Counted from the stretch's first letter, positions 50,430 to 60,493 are shown. The stretch is DNA of 64,000 bases from Comamonadaceae bacterium (GCA_947450895.1 CANFWT010000006.1:11048-75047); one strand, 5' to 3'. The notes: generated by a model not told the origin, from the letters alone. Translations and numbers: made by a program.

Positions 50430-50445
50430 CGTGATGTGGCGCACA
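50430..50445 (-). promoter_or_regulatory. CRP-like site upstream of the minus-strand Csu pilin
   Basis: CGTGA-TGTGGC-GCACA, 8/10 to consensus. Confidence 0.35.
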
Positions 50446-50508
50446 AGCCGACCCGATAGCCGAAAATCACGCCATGAAGCCCAGCCTTGCACCCGACCAT
50501 GCCCCCGT

Positions 50509-52083
50509 ATGAATCCGTCTGAGCGCAGTTTTTTGGCCTCGCTCGCAGCCATGCTGGGCATTTGCCTGGCCTTTATGCTGATTGCGCTGAACACCTCGGT
50601 GGTGGGCACGGCCATGCCGCGCATCGTGGCTGACCTGAGCGGCTACGCCCTGTACCAGTGGTCAGCCTCGGCATTTTTGGTGGGCAACGCGGTCATGATT
50701 CCTATCACCGGGCGCCTGGGCGACCTGTACGGGCGCAAGCCCTTTGTGCTGGCGTCGGTGATGTTGTTTGCCCTGGCCTCGATTGCCTGCGGCGCCTCGC
50801 AAACCATGCTGCAGCTGGTGCTGGCGCGCGCCGGCCAGGGCCTGGCCGGGGGCATGTTGCTGGGCGTGGCCTCGGCCTGCGTGCCCGATTTGTTTCCCGA
50901 CGCGGTGCAGCGCGTGCGCTGGCAGGTGCTGCTGTCGGTGGGCTATGGCATTGCCCTGGCGGTGGGGCCGTGGATGGGCGGCTGGTTGACCGAGCACGCG
51001 GGCTGGCGCTATGTGTTTTACGTCAACCTGCCGGTGGCGCTGGCGGCCTTGCTGATGGTGTGGGTGTACTTTCCGCACATCGTGCACCACGAGGGTTTGG
51101 CAGCGGGCGAGCCCAGCATTGACTGGCTGGGTGCGCTCTTGTTGTTGCTGGCGATGGGCAGCCTGCTGGGCGCGGCCGAATACTGCCAGTCGCACGGCTT
51201 TGCCAGCGTCCAGGCCCTGGGGCTGTGGGCGGGCACCGGCGCGCTGAGCTATGGGTTTTTCCGCCACCAGTACCACACGGCGGCGCCCATCGTGCCGCCT
51301 GAGATTCTGGACAACCGGGGCGCGCGCAAGCTCATGCTGCTGGGCCTGCTCACGGGCCTGACCATGTTCATGCTGATTTTTTACACGCCCTTGCTGCTGC
51401 AGGGCAGCTTTGGCCAGTCGCCCCACGAGGCCGGGGTGGTGATGACGCCGCTCTTGGTGTTCATCACCATCGGCAGCATCGTCAACTCGCGCCTGCTGCC
51501 GCGCCTGCGGCGCGCCGAGCGGCTGATCGCCTGGGGCCAGATAGGCACCATGCTGAGCTGCCTGGCGCTCACCCAGGTGGATGCGGCCACGCCCAACGCG
51601 CTGCTGATGGCCGTGTTTGCCCTGTGCGGCAGCAGCCTGGGCTTTCAGCTGCCCAACCTCTCGCTGCAAATCATGGCCGTGGCCGGGCGCAGCCATATGG
51701 GCGTGGCGTCGGCGCTGGCGCAGTCCACCCGCATGATTGGCAGCATGGTGGGCGTGGGCGTGGCCAGCGTGCTGGTTAACACTTTTTACGCCCGCCACAT
51801 CGCCGCCGTGCTGGCGCAGTACCAGATTGGCGACGCGCAGCTGGTGGCGCTCTTGTCTTCGCCGCAGCTCCTGATCCGCCAGCAAGACCAAGAGGCCATG
51901 CTGGCGCTGACCCACGGCCTGGGGCTTGACCCGGCGCCCCTGCTGGAGGCGGCGCGCCAGGGTCTGGTCAGCGGCACGCACGCGGCGTTTTTGCTCTGCG
52001 CGCTGATTGCAGGCATCAGCGTGCTGGTGAGCTGGCGGCTGCCGCGCTATTCCATCCGGCGCGCGTCGCCAAGCGAGGCCTGA
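50509..52083 (+). CDS. DHA2-family MFS efflux transporter (14 TM)
   Basis: LNTSVVGTAMPRI, GRLGDLYGRK, RAGQGLAGG, GP.MGGWLT...WRYVFYVNLP. Confidence 0.9.
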   Translation: MNPSERSFLASLAAMLGICLAFMLIALNTSVVGTAMPRIVADLSGYALYQWSASAFLVGNAVMIPITGRLGDLYGRKPFVLASVMLFALASIACGASQTMLQLVLARAGQGLAGGMLLGVASACVPDLFPDAVQRVRWQVLLSVGYGIALAVGPWMGGWLTEHAGWRYVFYVNLPVALAALLMVWVYFPHIVHHEGLAAGEPSIDWLGALLLLLAMGSLLGAAEYCQSHGFASVQALGLWAGTGALSYGFFRHQYHTAAPIVPPEILDNRGARKLMLLGLLTGLTMFMLIFYTPLLLQGSFGQSPHEAGVVMTPLLVFITIGSIVNSRLLPRLRRAERLIAWGQIGTMLSCLALTQVDAATPNALLMAVFALCGSSLGFQLPNLSLQIMAVAGRSHMGVASALAQSTRMIGSMVGVGVASVLVNTFYARHIAAVLAQYQIGDAQLVALLSSPQLLIRQQDQEAMLALTHGLGLDPAPLLEAARQGLVSGTHAAFLLCALIAGISVLVSWRLPRYSIRRASPSEA

Positions 52084-52129
52084 GCCGCTGACATTGGCCC
52101 CCACCCCATTTCTTTTGGAAGACACCCCC

Positions 52130-52447
52130 ATGCCAGCCCTGTACCCAACCTCCGCGCCTGAGCGCAGCACCTTAGACGCACGCCCTGGCGATGTGCTCTT
52201 GCAGTTTGGCGTGGACTGGTGCGGCCACTGCCAGGCCGCCGAACCCGCCATTGCCCAGGCAATGACGGCCTATCCCGGCCTGAGCCACCTGCGCATTGAA
52301 GACGGCGCGGGCCGCCCGTTGGGACGCTCGTTTCGCGTCAAGTTGTGGCCCACCCTGGTCTTGCTGCGCGATGGCCAGGAACTGGCCCGCCTGGTGCGCC
52401 CCACCCAGGCGGCGCAGGTGCTGGCGCTGCTGCGCGCCTTGGGCTAG
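52130..52447 (+). CDS. Thioredoxin-family protein
   Basis: WCGHC; FRVKLWPTL. Confidence 0.88.
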   Translation: MPALYPTSAPERSTLDARPGDVLLQFGVDWCGHCQAAEPAIAQAMTAYPGLSHLRIEDGAGRPLGRSFRVKLWPTLVLLRDGQELARLVRPTQAAQVLALLRALG

Positions 52448-53139
52448 AACAGGCTGGTTTGCTGGGAGGGCTGCGCCCCCGGTGCGCTGCCACCGTCACC
52501 AAGACCGGGGACGCTCGCCACCAGGTCCGGTGCCGGGCAGGCGCGAATCAGGTCCAGGCTGTGCGCCGCCGGGGCTTGCAGCCAGTCGGCGTATTGCGCC
52601 CTGGGCAGCACCACCACCATGCGTTTTTCGTCGCCCGGTTTGTGGAAAGTGCGCATCAGGGGGTGCGCATCGGCATTGATGGTGAGCATGGTAAAGCTCA
52701 GCACCTCGCCTTCGGCGCCGCGCCAAAGCGACCACAGGCCGGCAATGCCCAGGGGTTCGCCGCTGGCTTGGGCGATGCGCGTGGCCAGCGCGCGGCCACT
52801 GCGCCAGTCCGGCTCAAAAATAGCGTCCGCCGCAATGATGCAGTGCTGCGCGCGCGCCCAGGCGTCGCGAAAGCTGGGCTTCTCCGACACCGTTTCCAGC
52901 CGCGCGTTGTAGGTGTGGCGGCTCACGCTGCGGTCCTTGGCCCAGTGGGGCAGCAGGCCAAACACGCCGTTGGCCGCCTCTGGCGCCACTGCACCCCCGG
53001 GCGCAGCGCTGCGGCGCCTTACAAAGCGCGCGCTGTGGCCCGGCCAGATGTCATGCGCCTGATCGGCCACCGGCGGCGCAATGCCGAAGTGGCGCTCAAA
53101 CTGGGCGAGGTTTTTGACGGCTTGGTAATGGCTGCACAT
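52444..53139 (-). CDS. SOS response-associated peptidase (SRAP/HMCES/YedK abasic-site protection protein)
   Basis: N-terminal MC, YNARLET, FRDAW, SFTMLTINA..H, H....EKRMVV. Confidence 0.9.
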   Translation of the reverse strand: MCSHYQAVKNLAQFERHFGIAPPVADQAHDIWPGHSARFVRRRSAAPGGAVAPEAANGVFGLLPHWAKDRSVSRHTYNARLETVSEKPSFRDAWARAQHCIIAADAIFEPDWRSGRALATRIAQASGEPLGIAGLWSLWRGAEGEVLSFTMLTINADAHPLMRTFHKPGDEKRMVVVLPRAQYADWLQAPAAHSLDLIRACPAPDLVASVPGLGDGGSAPGAQPSQQTSLF

Positions 53140-53281
53140 GGATCGCCTATCCTAAAGCCACTGAGCCCCAGGCGACTGTAGGCGGGCAGGGCGGGGGTTT
53201 TTACCCATACCGACAAGCCGAGTGCTCCACCACAATGGGCCGCCCACCATGGTGGGCCCCTATAACCAGACGGAGACCAGC

Positions 53282-54607
53282 GTGGCGACTTTTTCAATCA
53301 CTTCCCTTGCCCGGCGCGCGCGCTTGGGTCGTATCACGGCGGCGGCCCTGGTCGGCGGCTGCCTCGCAGTGCCGGCGCAGGCACAAGAAACCTTCAAAGT
53401 TGGCATCGTCAGCTTTTTGTCGGGCCAGGCGGCGGAGAGTTTTGGCATTCCGGCCGTCAATGGCGCCAAGGTGCTGGTTGATGCCTTCAACAAAGGTGCC
53501 GCACCCGCGCCCTACAACAAGGTGGGCTTTGGCGGCCTGAAGATCGAGCCGATTTACGTGGACGAAAACGGTGGCGCCACCAAGCAGGTGCAAGAGCTGC
53601 GCAACCTCTATGACCGCGAAAAAGTGGACGCGGTAGTCGGTTACGTCGGCTCGGGCGACTGCCTGGCCGTGGCCCCGGTGGCCGAAGAAATGAAGAAGTT
53701 CCTCATCCTGTATGACTGCGGCACGCCGCGCATTTTTGAGGACAACAAGTTCAACTACGTGTTCCGTACCGCCGCGCACGCCACCATGGACAACGTGGCC
53801 CTGGCGCGCTACATGAAGGCGCGCAATGTCAAGGCCGAGACCTTTAACATGATCAACCAGGACTACGCCTGGGGCCAGGACTCCAAGAAAGACTTCACCT
53901 GGTCCATGGAAAAGCTTTACCCCAATGCCAAGGCGGGTGAAGACCAGTTGCCCAAATTTGGCGCAGGCCAGTACGGCACTGAAATTTCTGCACTCATGGC
54001 CAAACCGGCCGACGTGACCCATAGCAGCCTGTGGGGCGGCGACTTGCAGGCCTTTATCTTGCAGGCCGCACCGCGCGGCTTGTTCAAGCGTACGCAGGTG
54101 GTGTTCTCTGCTGCGGACCACGTGCTGCCCGCGCTGGGCGACAAGATGCCCGACGGCGTCATCCTGGGCGCGCGCGGCGCGTATGGCCTGATGTCGCCCA
54201 AGTCCGCGCTCAATGACTGGTGGTGGGATCTGTACAGCAAGGCCAACAACGTCTACCCGGTGCAAGCCCCCTACCGCATGGTGCAGTCGCTGCTGGGCCT
54301 CAAGCTGGCGGTGGAAAAAGCCATGGCCGCCAATGGAGGCAAAAAGCCCAACGCCGAACAACTGGCTGCCGCCCTGACCAACGCCGAGTGGGACTCGCCC
54401 GCGGGCAAGATTCGTATGACCCTGGGCAACGGCCACCAGGCCATACAGGAAACCGCCATTGGCAGAACCCGCTTTGATGCGGCCCAAAAAATGGTGGTGC
54501 TGGACGACATCGTGCGCTTTCCGGCCGATTGCGTGAACCCGCCCGCCACCATGAAGTCCGAAGACTGGATCAAAGCCGGCTTCCCCGGCGCCAAAGGTTG
54601 CCCGTAA
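53282..54607 (+). CDS. Branched-chain-type ABC substrate-binding protein
   Basis: Signal peptide; Peripla_BP_6-like (FRTAAH, QDYAWGQ); RBS GGAGA before GTG. Confidence 0.88.
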   Translation: MATFSITSLARRARLGRITAAALVGGCLAVPAQAQETFKVGIVSFLSGQAAESFGIPAVNGAKVLVDAFNKGAAPAPYNKVGFGGLKIEPIYVDENGGATKQVQELRNLYDREKVDAVVGYVGSGDCLAVAPVAEEMKKFLILYDCGTPRIFEDNKFNYVFRTAAHATMDNVALARYMKARNVKAETFNMINQDYAWGQDSKKDFTWSMEKLYPNAKAGEDQLPKFGAGQYGTEISALMAKPADVTHSSLWGGDLQAFILQAAPRGLFKRTQVVFSAADHVLPALGDKMPDGVILGARGAYGLMSPKSALNDWWWDLYSKANNVYPVQAPYRMVQSLLGLKLAVEKAMAANGGKKPNAEQLAAALTNAEWDSPAGKIRMTLGNGHQAIQETAIGRTRFDAAQKMVVLDDIVRFPADCVNPPATMKSEDWIKAGFPGAKGCP

Positions 54608-54622
54608 CACGGCGCCCACTGG

Positions 54623-55510
54623 ATGGTCACGATTCTGATTGACGGCCTGACCTACGCGTCATGGCTGTTCATTGTGGCGCTGGGGTTGACCTTGGTGTTT
54701 GGGGTGCTCAAGATCCTCAACATTGCGCACGGCAGCTTTTACGCCCTGGGCGCGTATGCGGCGGCCAGCTTTGTCGGCTGGGCGGGCGCCATGAAGCTCG
54801 CCCCGGGTTTTACCCTGGTGGCCATGCTGCTGGCGGCAGTGGCGGTGGCGGCGCTGATTGCGCCCTTGACCGAGCGCGGCCTCCTGCGCTTTTTCTATGG
54901 CCGCGACGAGGTGCTGCTGGTGCTGGTGACCTACGCCATGTTTTTGATGCTTGAAGACATCACCAAACTGGTCTGGGGTGCCACGCCGTACTACGTGTCA
55001 GAGCCCTACAGCCTGTTTGGCAGCATTGACGTGGGCACCCAGACTTATGTGGGCTACGACTTTGTGCTGGTGGCCCTGGCCCTGGTGGTGGGCGGCGCGG
55101 TGTGGTGGTGGCTTAACCGCACGCGCCAGGGCAAGATCACCCTGGCCGTGATTCACAACGCCGAGGTGGCCGCCAGCATGGGCGTCAATGTGTCGCGGGT
55201 GTACATGCTCGCGTTCTCCATTGGCGTGTTTCTGGCGGCCATTGGCGGGGCCTTTACCGCGCCCATGATTTCGGTGCAGCCGGGCGTGTCGGTGGGGGTG
55301 ATTATTTTGTCCTTTGCCGTGGTCATCATCGGCGGCCTGGGCAGCATCGAGGGCGCCGCTGTGGGCGCGCTCATCGTCGGTCTGGCGCGTTCCATGGCGG
55401 TGCACCTGGCACCGGTGGCCGAACTTTTTTCCATTTACATGGTGATGGCGGTGGTGCTGATGTTCCGCCCCGAAGGCCTGTTCCAGCGCATCAAGGCGCG
55501 CAAGATTTGA
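54623..55510 (+). CDS. Branched-chain ABC permease (LivH-like)
   Basis: GLTLVFG...NIAHG; FAVVIIGGLGS. Confidence 0.9.
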   Translation: MVTILIDGLTYASWLFIVALGLTLVFGVLKILNIAHGSFYALGAYAAASFVGWAGAMKLAPGFTLVAMLLAAVAVAALIAPLTERGLLRFFYGRDEVLLVLVTYAMFLMLEDITKLVWGATPYYVSEPYSLFGSIDVGTQTYVGYDFVLVALALVVGGAVWWWLNRTRQGKITLAVIHNAEVAASMGVNVSRVYMLAFSIGVFLAAIGGAFTAPMISVQPGVSVGVIILSFAVVIIGGLGSIEGAAVGALIVGLARSMAVHLAPVAELFSIYMVMAVVLMFRPEGLFQRIKARKI

Positions 55511-55517
55511 CGCATAC

Positions 55518-56528
55518 ATGGCCTTAGTTTCTTCTGATTCGGCGCCCGCGACGGCTTCTGCTGCCTCCACTGCGTCTGCCGCCTTGGCCACGGTTGGGCG
55601 CGGTACTACGGTGGCCTGGGCCGCGGCCTGTTGCCTGCTGCTGGTGAGCGGCGGCGCGCTCTTGCCCAAGTGGTTCACATTTTTGCTGACCATGGCTGCG
55701 GCCAATGGCCTGGTGTCTTTGGGCATCGTGGTGCTGATGCGTGGCGGCGTGGTGTCGTTTGGCCAGGGCCTGGTGTTTGCAGCAGGCGGCTATGCCGCTG
55801 CGCTGCTGTTCAACAAATGGGGCTTTCACGATTTGCTCGGGCTGGCACTTACGGGTGGCGTGGTCGCCATGCTGGTGGCCGCACCGTTTGCGCCGCTGTT
55901 GTCGCGCTACCGGGGCATTTTCTTTGCCATGCTCACTTTGGCCTTGTCGATGGTGGCCTACGGCCTGCTCATGAAGCTCGAAGTGCTGGGCGGCTCGGAC
56001 GGCTTCAACCTGGGGCGCCCGACGCTGCTGGGCTGGGTGCTTCCCGACGAGCGCGTGGGCTACATCGTCTACAGCGTGACCGTCACCCTGGCTACGGTGG
56101 TGGCCTTGCTGGCGCGCATTTACTTTGACAGCACGCGCGGCCTGCTGACGCTGGCGGTGCGTGAAAACGAGCTGCGGGTGGAATACCTGGGCGGCTCGGT
56201 GCGCCAGGCGGTGGCCATTAACTTTGTGCTGGCGGCCTTTTGCGGCGGCCTGGGTGGGGCGCTGGCGGCGGTGGCACTCGGCCACATCGAGCCTAACTTC
56301 AGCTTTTGGACCACCTCGGGCGAGTTTGTGTTTGTGGCCATTCTGGGCGGTTGGCAAAGCGTGGTGGCGGTGTTTGTGGCCAGCGCAATTCTGGAGCTGG
56401 TGCGCTCGTTTTCCAGCGCCTACTTTCCCAACACCTGGCAGCTGGCGCTGGGCATTTTCCTGCTGGTGGTGATCCGCTTCCTGCCCCGGGGCATAGGCGC
56501 GCTGTGGTCCAAGGGGGGTGCGCGGTGA
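55518..56528 (+). CDS. Branched-chain ABC permease (LivM-like)
   Basis: SFGQG.F, YRGIFFAMLTLA, GGSDG, AVRENE.R, ILGG. Confidence 0.9.
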   Translation: MALVSSDSAPATASAASTASAALATVGRGTTVAWAAACCLLLVSGGALLPKWFTFLLTMAAANGLVSLGIVVLMRGGVVSFGQGLVFAAGGYAAALLFNKWGFHDLLGLALTGGVVAMLVAAPFAPLLSRYRGIFFAMLTLALSMVAYGLLMKLEVLGGSDGFNLGRPTLLGWVLPDERVGYIVYSVTVTLATVVALLARIYFDSTRGLLTLAVRENELRVEYLGGSVRQAVAINFVLAAFCGGLGGALAAVALGHIEPNFSFWTTSGEFVFVAILGGWQSVVAVFVASAILELVRSFSSAYFPNTWQLALGIFLLVVIRFLPRGIGALWSKGGAR

Positions 56529-57280
56529 CTTCCATGCTGCAAGCCCTTGGCGTGAACAAAAAATTTGACGCGGTGGTGGCCGCCTCCGATATCAACATCT
56601 CGATTGCGGCCGGCGAGCGCGTGAGCCTGATCGGCAGCAACGGCGCGGGCAAAACCACCTTCGTCAACATGATCACCGGCTACCTCTTGCCCGACACGGG
56701 GCAGATCAAACTCGACGGCCAAGACATCACGCGCTTGGAGCCCCGCGCCATTACCCGCCTGGGCGTGGCGCGCTCCTTCCAGATTCCGCAGCTGTTTGGC
56801 GAACTCAGCGTGCTGGAAAACATGCTGGTGGCCACCGCCTGCCACGAGGCGCGCCTGAGCTTTTGGCAGCCTGCGCGCCGGCGCAGCGCCATGGACCGGG
56901 CGCAAACCCTGCTGGAGCGCTTTGCCCTGCAAGAGCACCGCGACCGCCGCGTGGCCGAGCTGCCCGGCGGCGTGCGCAAGCTGCTCGACATTGCCATGTC
57001 GCTCACCGCGGCGCCCAAGCTGTTGCTGCTGGATGAACCCACCAGCGGCGTGTCTGCCGACGAAAAATTCCCCATGATGGAAACCATCATGGCCGCCCTG
57101 GGCCACGAACAATCCACCACCGTGCTTTTTGTCGAGCACGACATGGACATCGTGCAGGCCTATGCCAGTCGGGTGATCGCCTTTTACAGCGGTCGCATCA
57201 TTGCCGATGCGGCGCCCCAGGCGGCCCTGGCCAACGACGATGTGCGCCGCTACGTGACCGGCGAGCTGCTCAGCGAATAA
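56525..57280 (+). CDS. ABC ATP-binding protein (LivG-like)
   Basis: GSNGAGKTT, RSFQIP, LLDEPTSG, VEHDM. Confidence 0.92.
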   Translation: MTSMLQALGVNKKFDAVVAASDINISIAAGERVSLIGSNGAGKTTFVNMITGYLLPDTGQIKLDGQDITRLEPRAITRLGVARSFQIPQLFGELSVLENMLVATACHEARLSFWQPARRRSAMDRAQTLLERFALQEHRDRRVAELPGGVRKLLDIAMSLTAAPKLLLLDEPTSGVSADEKFPMMETIMAALGHEQSTTVLFVEHDMDIVQAYASRVIAFYSGRIIADAAPQAALANDDVRRYVTGELLSE

Positions 57281-57292
57281 CACGGGGCCTCC

Positions 57293-57943
57293 ATGCTCGA
57301 AATTGACAGTCTTCACGTCTCCATCCAGTCCGTGGTCGCCCTGCGAGGTCTGAGTCTGCAAGTGGCCGACGGCGCCATGGTCGGGCTGGTGGGGCGCAAC
57401 GGCGCGGGCAAAACCACGCTGCTGCGCTCGGTGATGGGGCACCTGACGCCCACAAGCGGCAGCATTCGCCTCGACGGCCAGGACTTGCTGGCCCTGTCCA
57501 GCCACGCGCGCGCGGGCTTGGGCGTGGGCTACATGCCCGAAGACCGGGGCCTGGTGCCCGAGCTCACCGTGGAAGAAAACATCTTGCTGCCCGTGTGGGT
57601 CAACAAACAACTCGACCAGGCCGAGCGGCTGGCGCTGGTCTACCGCGTCTTGCCCGAATTGCTGGAAATGCGCGAGCGCCGGGCGCTGCTGCTTTCTGGC
57701 GGCCAGCAAAAGCTGGTAGCGCTGGGCCGGGCCTTGGCCGTGGGCACGCGCCTGTTGCTGCTCGACGAGCCCTTTGAGGGCGTGGCCCCGGCACTGTCCA
57801 AGCGCCTGAGCGAGGTGATTGCCGGGCTCAAGGGCAGCGCGGTGTCGGTGCTGATTGCGCAAAGCGATCTGAACCACTCCCGCAAACTGATTGACACCGA
57901 ATTTGTCATCGAGCGCGGCGCCAATGTAGCGCCATCAGCGTAA
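57293..57943 (+). CDS. ABC ATP-binding protein (LivF-like)
   Basis: GRNGAGKTT, LSGGQQK, LLDEPFEG. Confidence 0.92.
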   Translation: MLEIDSLHVSIQSVVALRGLSLQVADGAMVGLVGRNGAGKTTLLRSVMGHLTPTSGSIRLDGQDLLALSSHARAGLGVGYMPEDRGLVPELTVEENILLPVWVNKQLDQAERLALVYRVLPELLEMRERRALLLSGGQQKLVALGRALAVGTRLLLLDEPFEGVAPALSKRLSEVIAGLKGSAVSVLIAQSDLNHSRKLIDTEFVIERGANVAPSA

Positions 57944-57954
57944 ACCAAGGGAAT

Positions 57955-59157
57955 CTAAACCCGCCGGATCGGATAGCGGCGCAGCAGCACGCCAAACAGC
58001 ACCAGGCCCAGCCACAGGCTTTCGGCAGCGGCTTGCAAGGCCAGCGCAAATCCCTGGCGCGCGTCGCCGCTGCGCTGCAAGAGCACGCCGACCAGGATCG
58101 GCCCCGCAATCTGCCCCATCCCATAGGCCGCCGTCAGCAGGCCAATAAAGGCCGAGGCGTTGTGGGGACGCAGGCGCCGCACCTCTTGGAGCGCGAACAT
58201 GGTGATGGCAGTAAACGGAAGGCCGATCAAGAAGCTGCTTAAGGCAAAGCCGGCCAACGTAGGCCACCACAGGCATAGCATCACCCCCGCCGCCTGCATG
58301 GCGTAGCCCCCCATAAGCAGCGCGCGCCGGTCCCACTGCGGCGGTATCCGCAAGGTGAGCAGCGCGCCCAGGCTCACGCCCACGCCAAACAGCGGCCAAA
58401 ACATGTCCAGCCACAGCGACCCAGCCAAGGCCTGGCGCGCAATCAATGGCAAAAAAGTGGCGGTGACAATGTAGCCAAAGCCCGCCAATCCGTAGGCGAT
58501 GGTCAGTACCGCCAGTGCCCCTGCGCCGGCGCCTGCGTCGGCTTTCACAGGCGCAGTTTGCGCTGTCGGTCCACCCCGCAAGTTCGGCCAAACCACTGCT
58601 GTGAGCAACAAGGCCAGCGCTGCCATGGCCAACCAGGCGGTGGCCGCGCGCATATCCGCCGCAACCATGGCGGTGGCTGCCAGCCCGCTGACCGTGATGC
58701 CGAGCCCCGGCCCGACATAAATGACGCCGGCCAACTGCGGCGTCCCCCGCGCGGTGAGCTGCTGCAGACACCATCCCGACCCATAGACAAAGACCAAGGC
58801 ACTGGCCAGCCCCGACAAAAAACGCCACAGCGGCCAGGCCACTGGCCAAGGAAACGCCATACCCAGTGTCAAGGCCGCGGTTGCCAGCAGCCCCACTTGA
58901 ACCGCACGGGTAGGTACCACTGGGCCTAGCCATCCCCACCGCCGGCTGGCCCAGGGCTGCAAGGCGCAGGCCAATGCGCCCAGCCAGTAGCCCAGGTAGT
59001 TGGCGGTGGCCATCCAAGCACCGCCAGGCAATTGGACACTGCCGTCTCGCAGCATCATGGGTAGCAGGGGGGTGAAGGCAAAGCGACCGATACCCATGGC
59101 CACTGCGAGGCACACCAATCCTGTGGTGGCAATGGCAATCGGTGAGCGCGTGGTCAT
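57955..59157 (-). CDS. YbfB/YjiJ-family MFS transporter
   Basis: AMGIGRFAFTPLLPMM, ANYLGY, GYIVTATFLP. Confidence 0.9.
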   Translation of the reverse strand: MTTRSPIAIATTGLVCLAVAMGIGRFAFTPLLPMMLRDGSVQLPGGAWMATANYLGYWLGALACALQPWASRRWGWLGPVVPTRAVQVGLLATAALTLGMAFPWPVAWPLWRFLSGLASALVFVYGSGWCLQQLTARGTPQLAGVIYVGPGLGITVSGLAATAMVAADMRAATAWLAMAALALLLTAVVWPNLRGGPTAQTAPVKADAGAGAGALAVLTIAYGLAGFGYIVTATFLPLIARQALAGSLWLDMFWPLFGVGVSLGALLTLRIPPQWDRRALLMGGYAMQAAGVMLCLWWPTLAGFALSSFLIGLPFTAITMFALQEVRRLRPHNASAFIGLLTAAYGMGQIAGPILVGVLLQRSGDARQGFALALQAAAESLWLGLVLFGVLLRRYPIRRV

Positions 59158-59270
59158 AGATGGATTGTGCAGCTTCCCCAATCCGGGCTTTCGCCTCAAT
59201 CCCTCACCCGCTGGTGGACAAGGAATTTCGCTTAGCATGCGCCCGCAATGAGATCCAAAAGGGCCCCTCC

Positions 59271-60134
59271 ATGAAGTTGACGACCGCGGCGCAAACGGTG
59301 CCCCACGCGAAATACGCAGACAGCCGCAGAGTCGGGCCAGCGGGTACGGGCCGCCCGCCCACGCCCAGTGTGCAGCGGCCCAATCCCCTCATCGTGCTGG
59401 TGCTGGGCAGTGGCGCGGACGCCGTGCGCGCACGCGCATGGGAGCGCGCGCCGTTCACCGCCATGGTGGCCATCAACAACGCCTGGCAAATTCGGGACGA
59501 TTGGGACTACCTGATTCACCCGGAAGACTTCCCTCCCGAGCGCTGGCCTCCTTCGGTTGACCCGCGCAGGCAGACCCTGGTGACGGCGGCGGATTACGTG
59601 CCAATACAGAATGAGTTTGGCGGTTTTGTCTATGCGGGAGGCACCATGGCGTTTACCGCCGGGTACTGGGCCTTGGGGGCGCTCAAGCCCGATGTGATGG
59701 CGTTTTTGGGCTGCGACATGGTCTACCACGATGGCCCGCAAACCCATTTCTACGGCAGGGGTGCGCAAGACCCGCTGCGCGACGACGTAACGCTGCAAAG
59801 CCTGGAGGCCAAGTCGCTGCGCTTCATGGCTATGGCCAACCAGGAAAATTGTCTGGTGGTGAACCTGTCGGCCCAGGCAAGTTCGCGCTTGGTATATCCG
59901 CGCTGCGACCCCCAGCAACTTGCCCGCTGGACCGCACAGGATTTGCACACGCAGCTGCGAGAGCAGCATGGCGCACTGGACGCACAGGCACTCGACGCCG
60001 CCTTGGGCATGGAGTCTGAGCTGGGCTACATGGTCAAGTCAGGCCGCTACTGGGAAGTCCGCGAAAGCCTGGACGCAGACAAACTACGTCAGCTAGACCA
60101 GGTTTGGTTGGCCGTTGGCCAGGCGCCCATGTAG
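59271..60134 (+). CDS. Conserved hypothetical protein (possible MptE/DUF115-like fold)
   Basis: VLGSG, AINNAW, FLGCDMVY, HFYG pattern. Confidence 0.5.
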   Translation: MKLTTAAQTVPHAKYADSRRVGPAGTGRPPTPSVQRPNPLIVLVLGSGADAVRARAWERAPFTAMVAINNAWQIRDDWDYLIHPEDFPPERWPPSVDPRRQTLVTAADYVPIQNEFGGFVYAGGTMAFTAGYWALGALKPDVMAFLGCDMVYHDGPQTHFYGRGAQDPLRDDVTLQSLEAKSLRFMAMANQENCLVVNLSAQASSRLVYPRCDPQQLARWTAQDLHTQLREQHGALDAQALDAALGMESELGYMVKSGRYWEVRESLDADKLRQLDQVWLAVGQAPM

Positions 60135-60147
60135 GCGCCCGTGCAGG

Positions 60148-60411
60148 CTAAAGCTCGCCCGATGCGGGTGTGGCGTCGGGTGTGGCTGGTGCCGGCGCAG
60201 CCGCTGGTTTTGGCGGCACGCAGTCGCCGCAGACAAACATGCTTTTGCCCGCAAGCTTCTTGAACGAGCCCAAGGAGCGGGGTTTGTGCAAGCCGCATTT
60301 GGCGCAGCTCATGCTGGCGTTACCAGACGATTGTGCAAAAGGGGAGCCGGAGGCGCGCGATCGATAGCGCAGCCCGTCGGCACTGATTTTTGTGGTGGTG
60401 TTGTCGCGCAT
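60148..60411 (-). CDS. Small putative zinc-ribbon protein
   Basis: CAKC-x20-CGDC; Pro/Ala-rich tail. Confidence 0.55.
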   Translation of the reverse strand: MRDNTTTKISADGLRYRSRASGSPFAQSSGNASMSCAKCGLHKPRSLGSFKKLAGKSMFVCGDCVPPKPAAAPAPATPDATPASGEL

Positions 60412-60493
60412 AACCCCCATTTTGCCGCTTTTATGGAAAGCTGGCAAAAAGCGACAGGTTTTACCCCGCGTCCCGAGCCGTTCGGCCCATCGG

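Noticed and set aside
53140-53240. LexA box upstream of the SRAP gene
   Set aside because: The best candidate CTGT-N8-AGGG does not match CTGT-N8-ACAG
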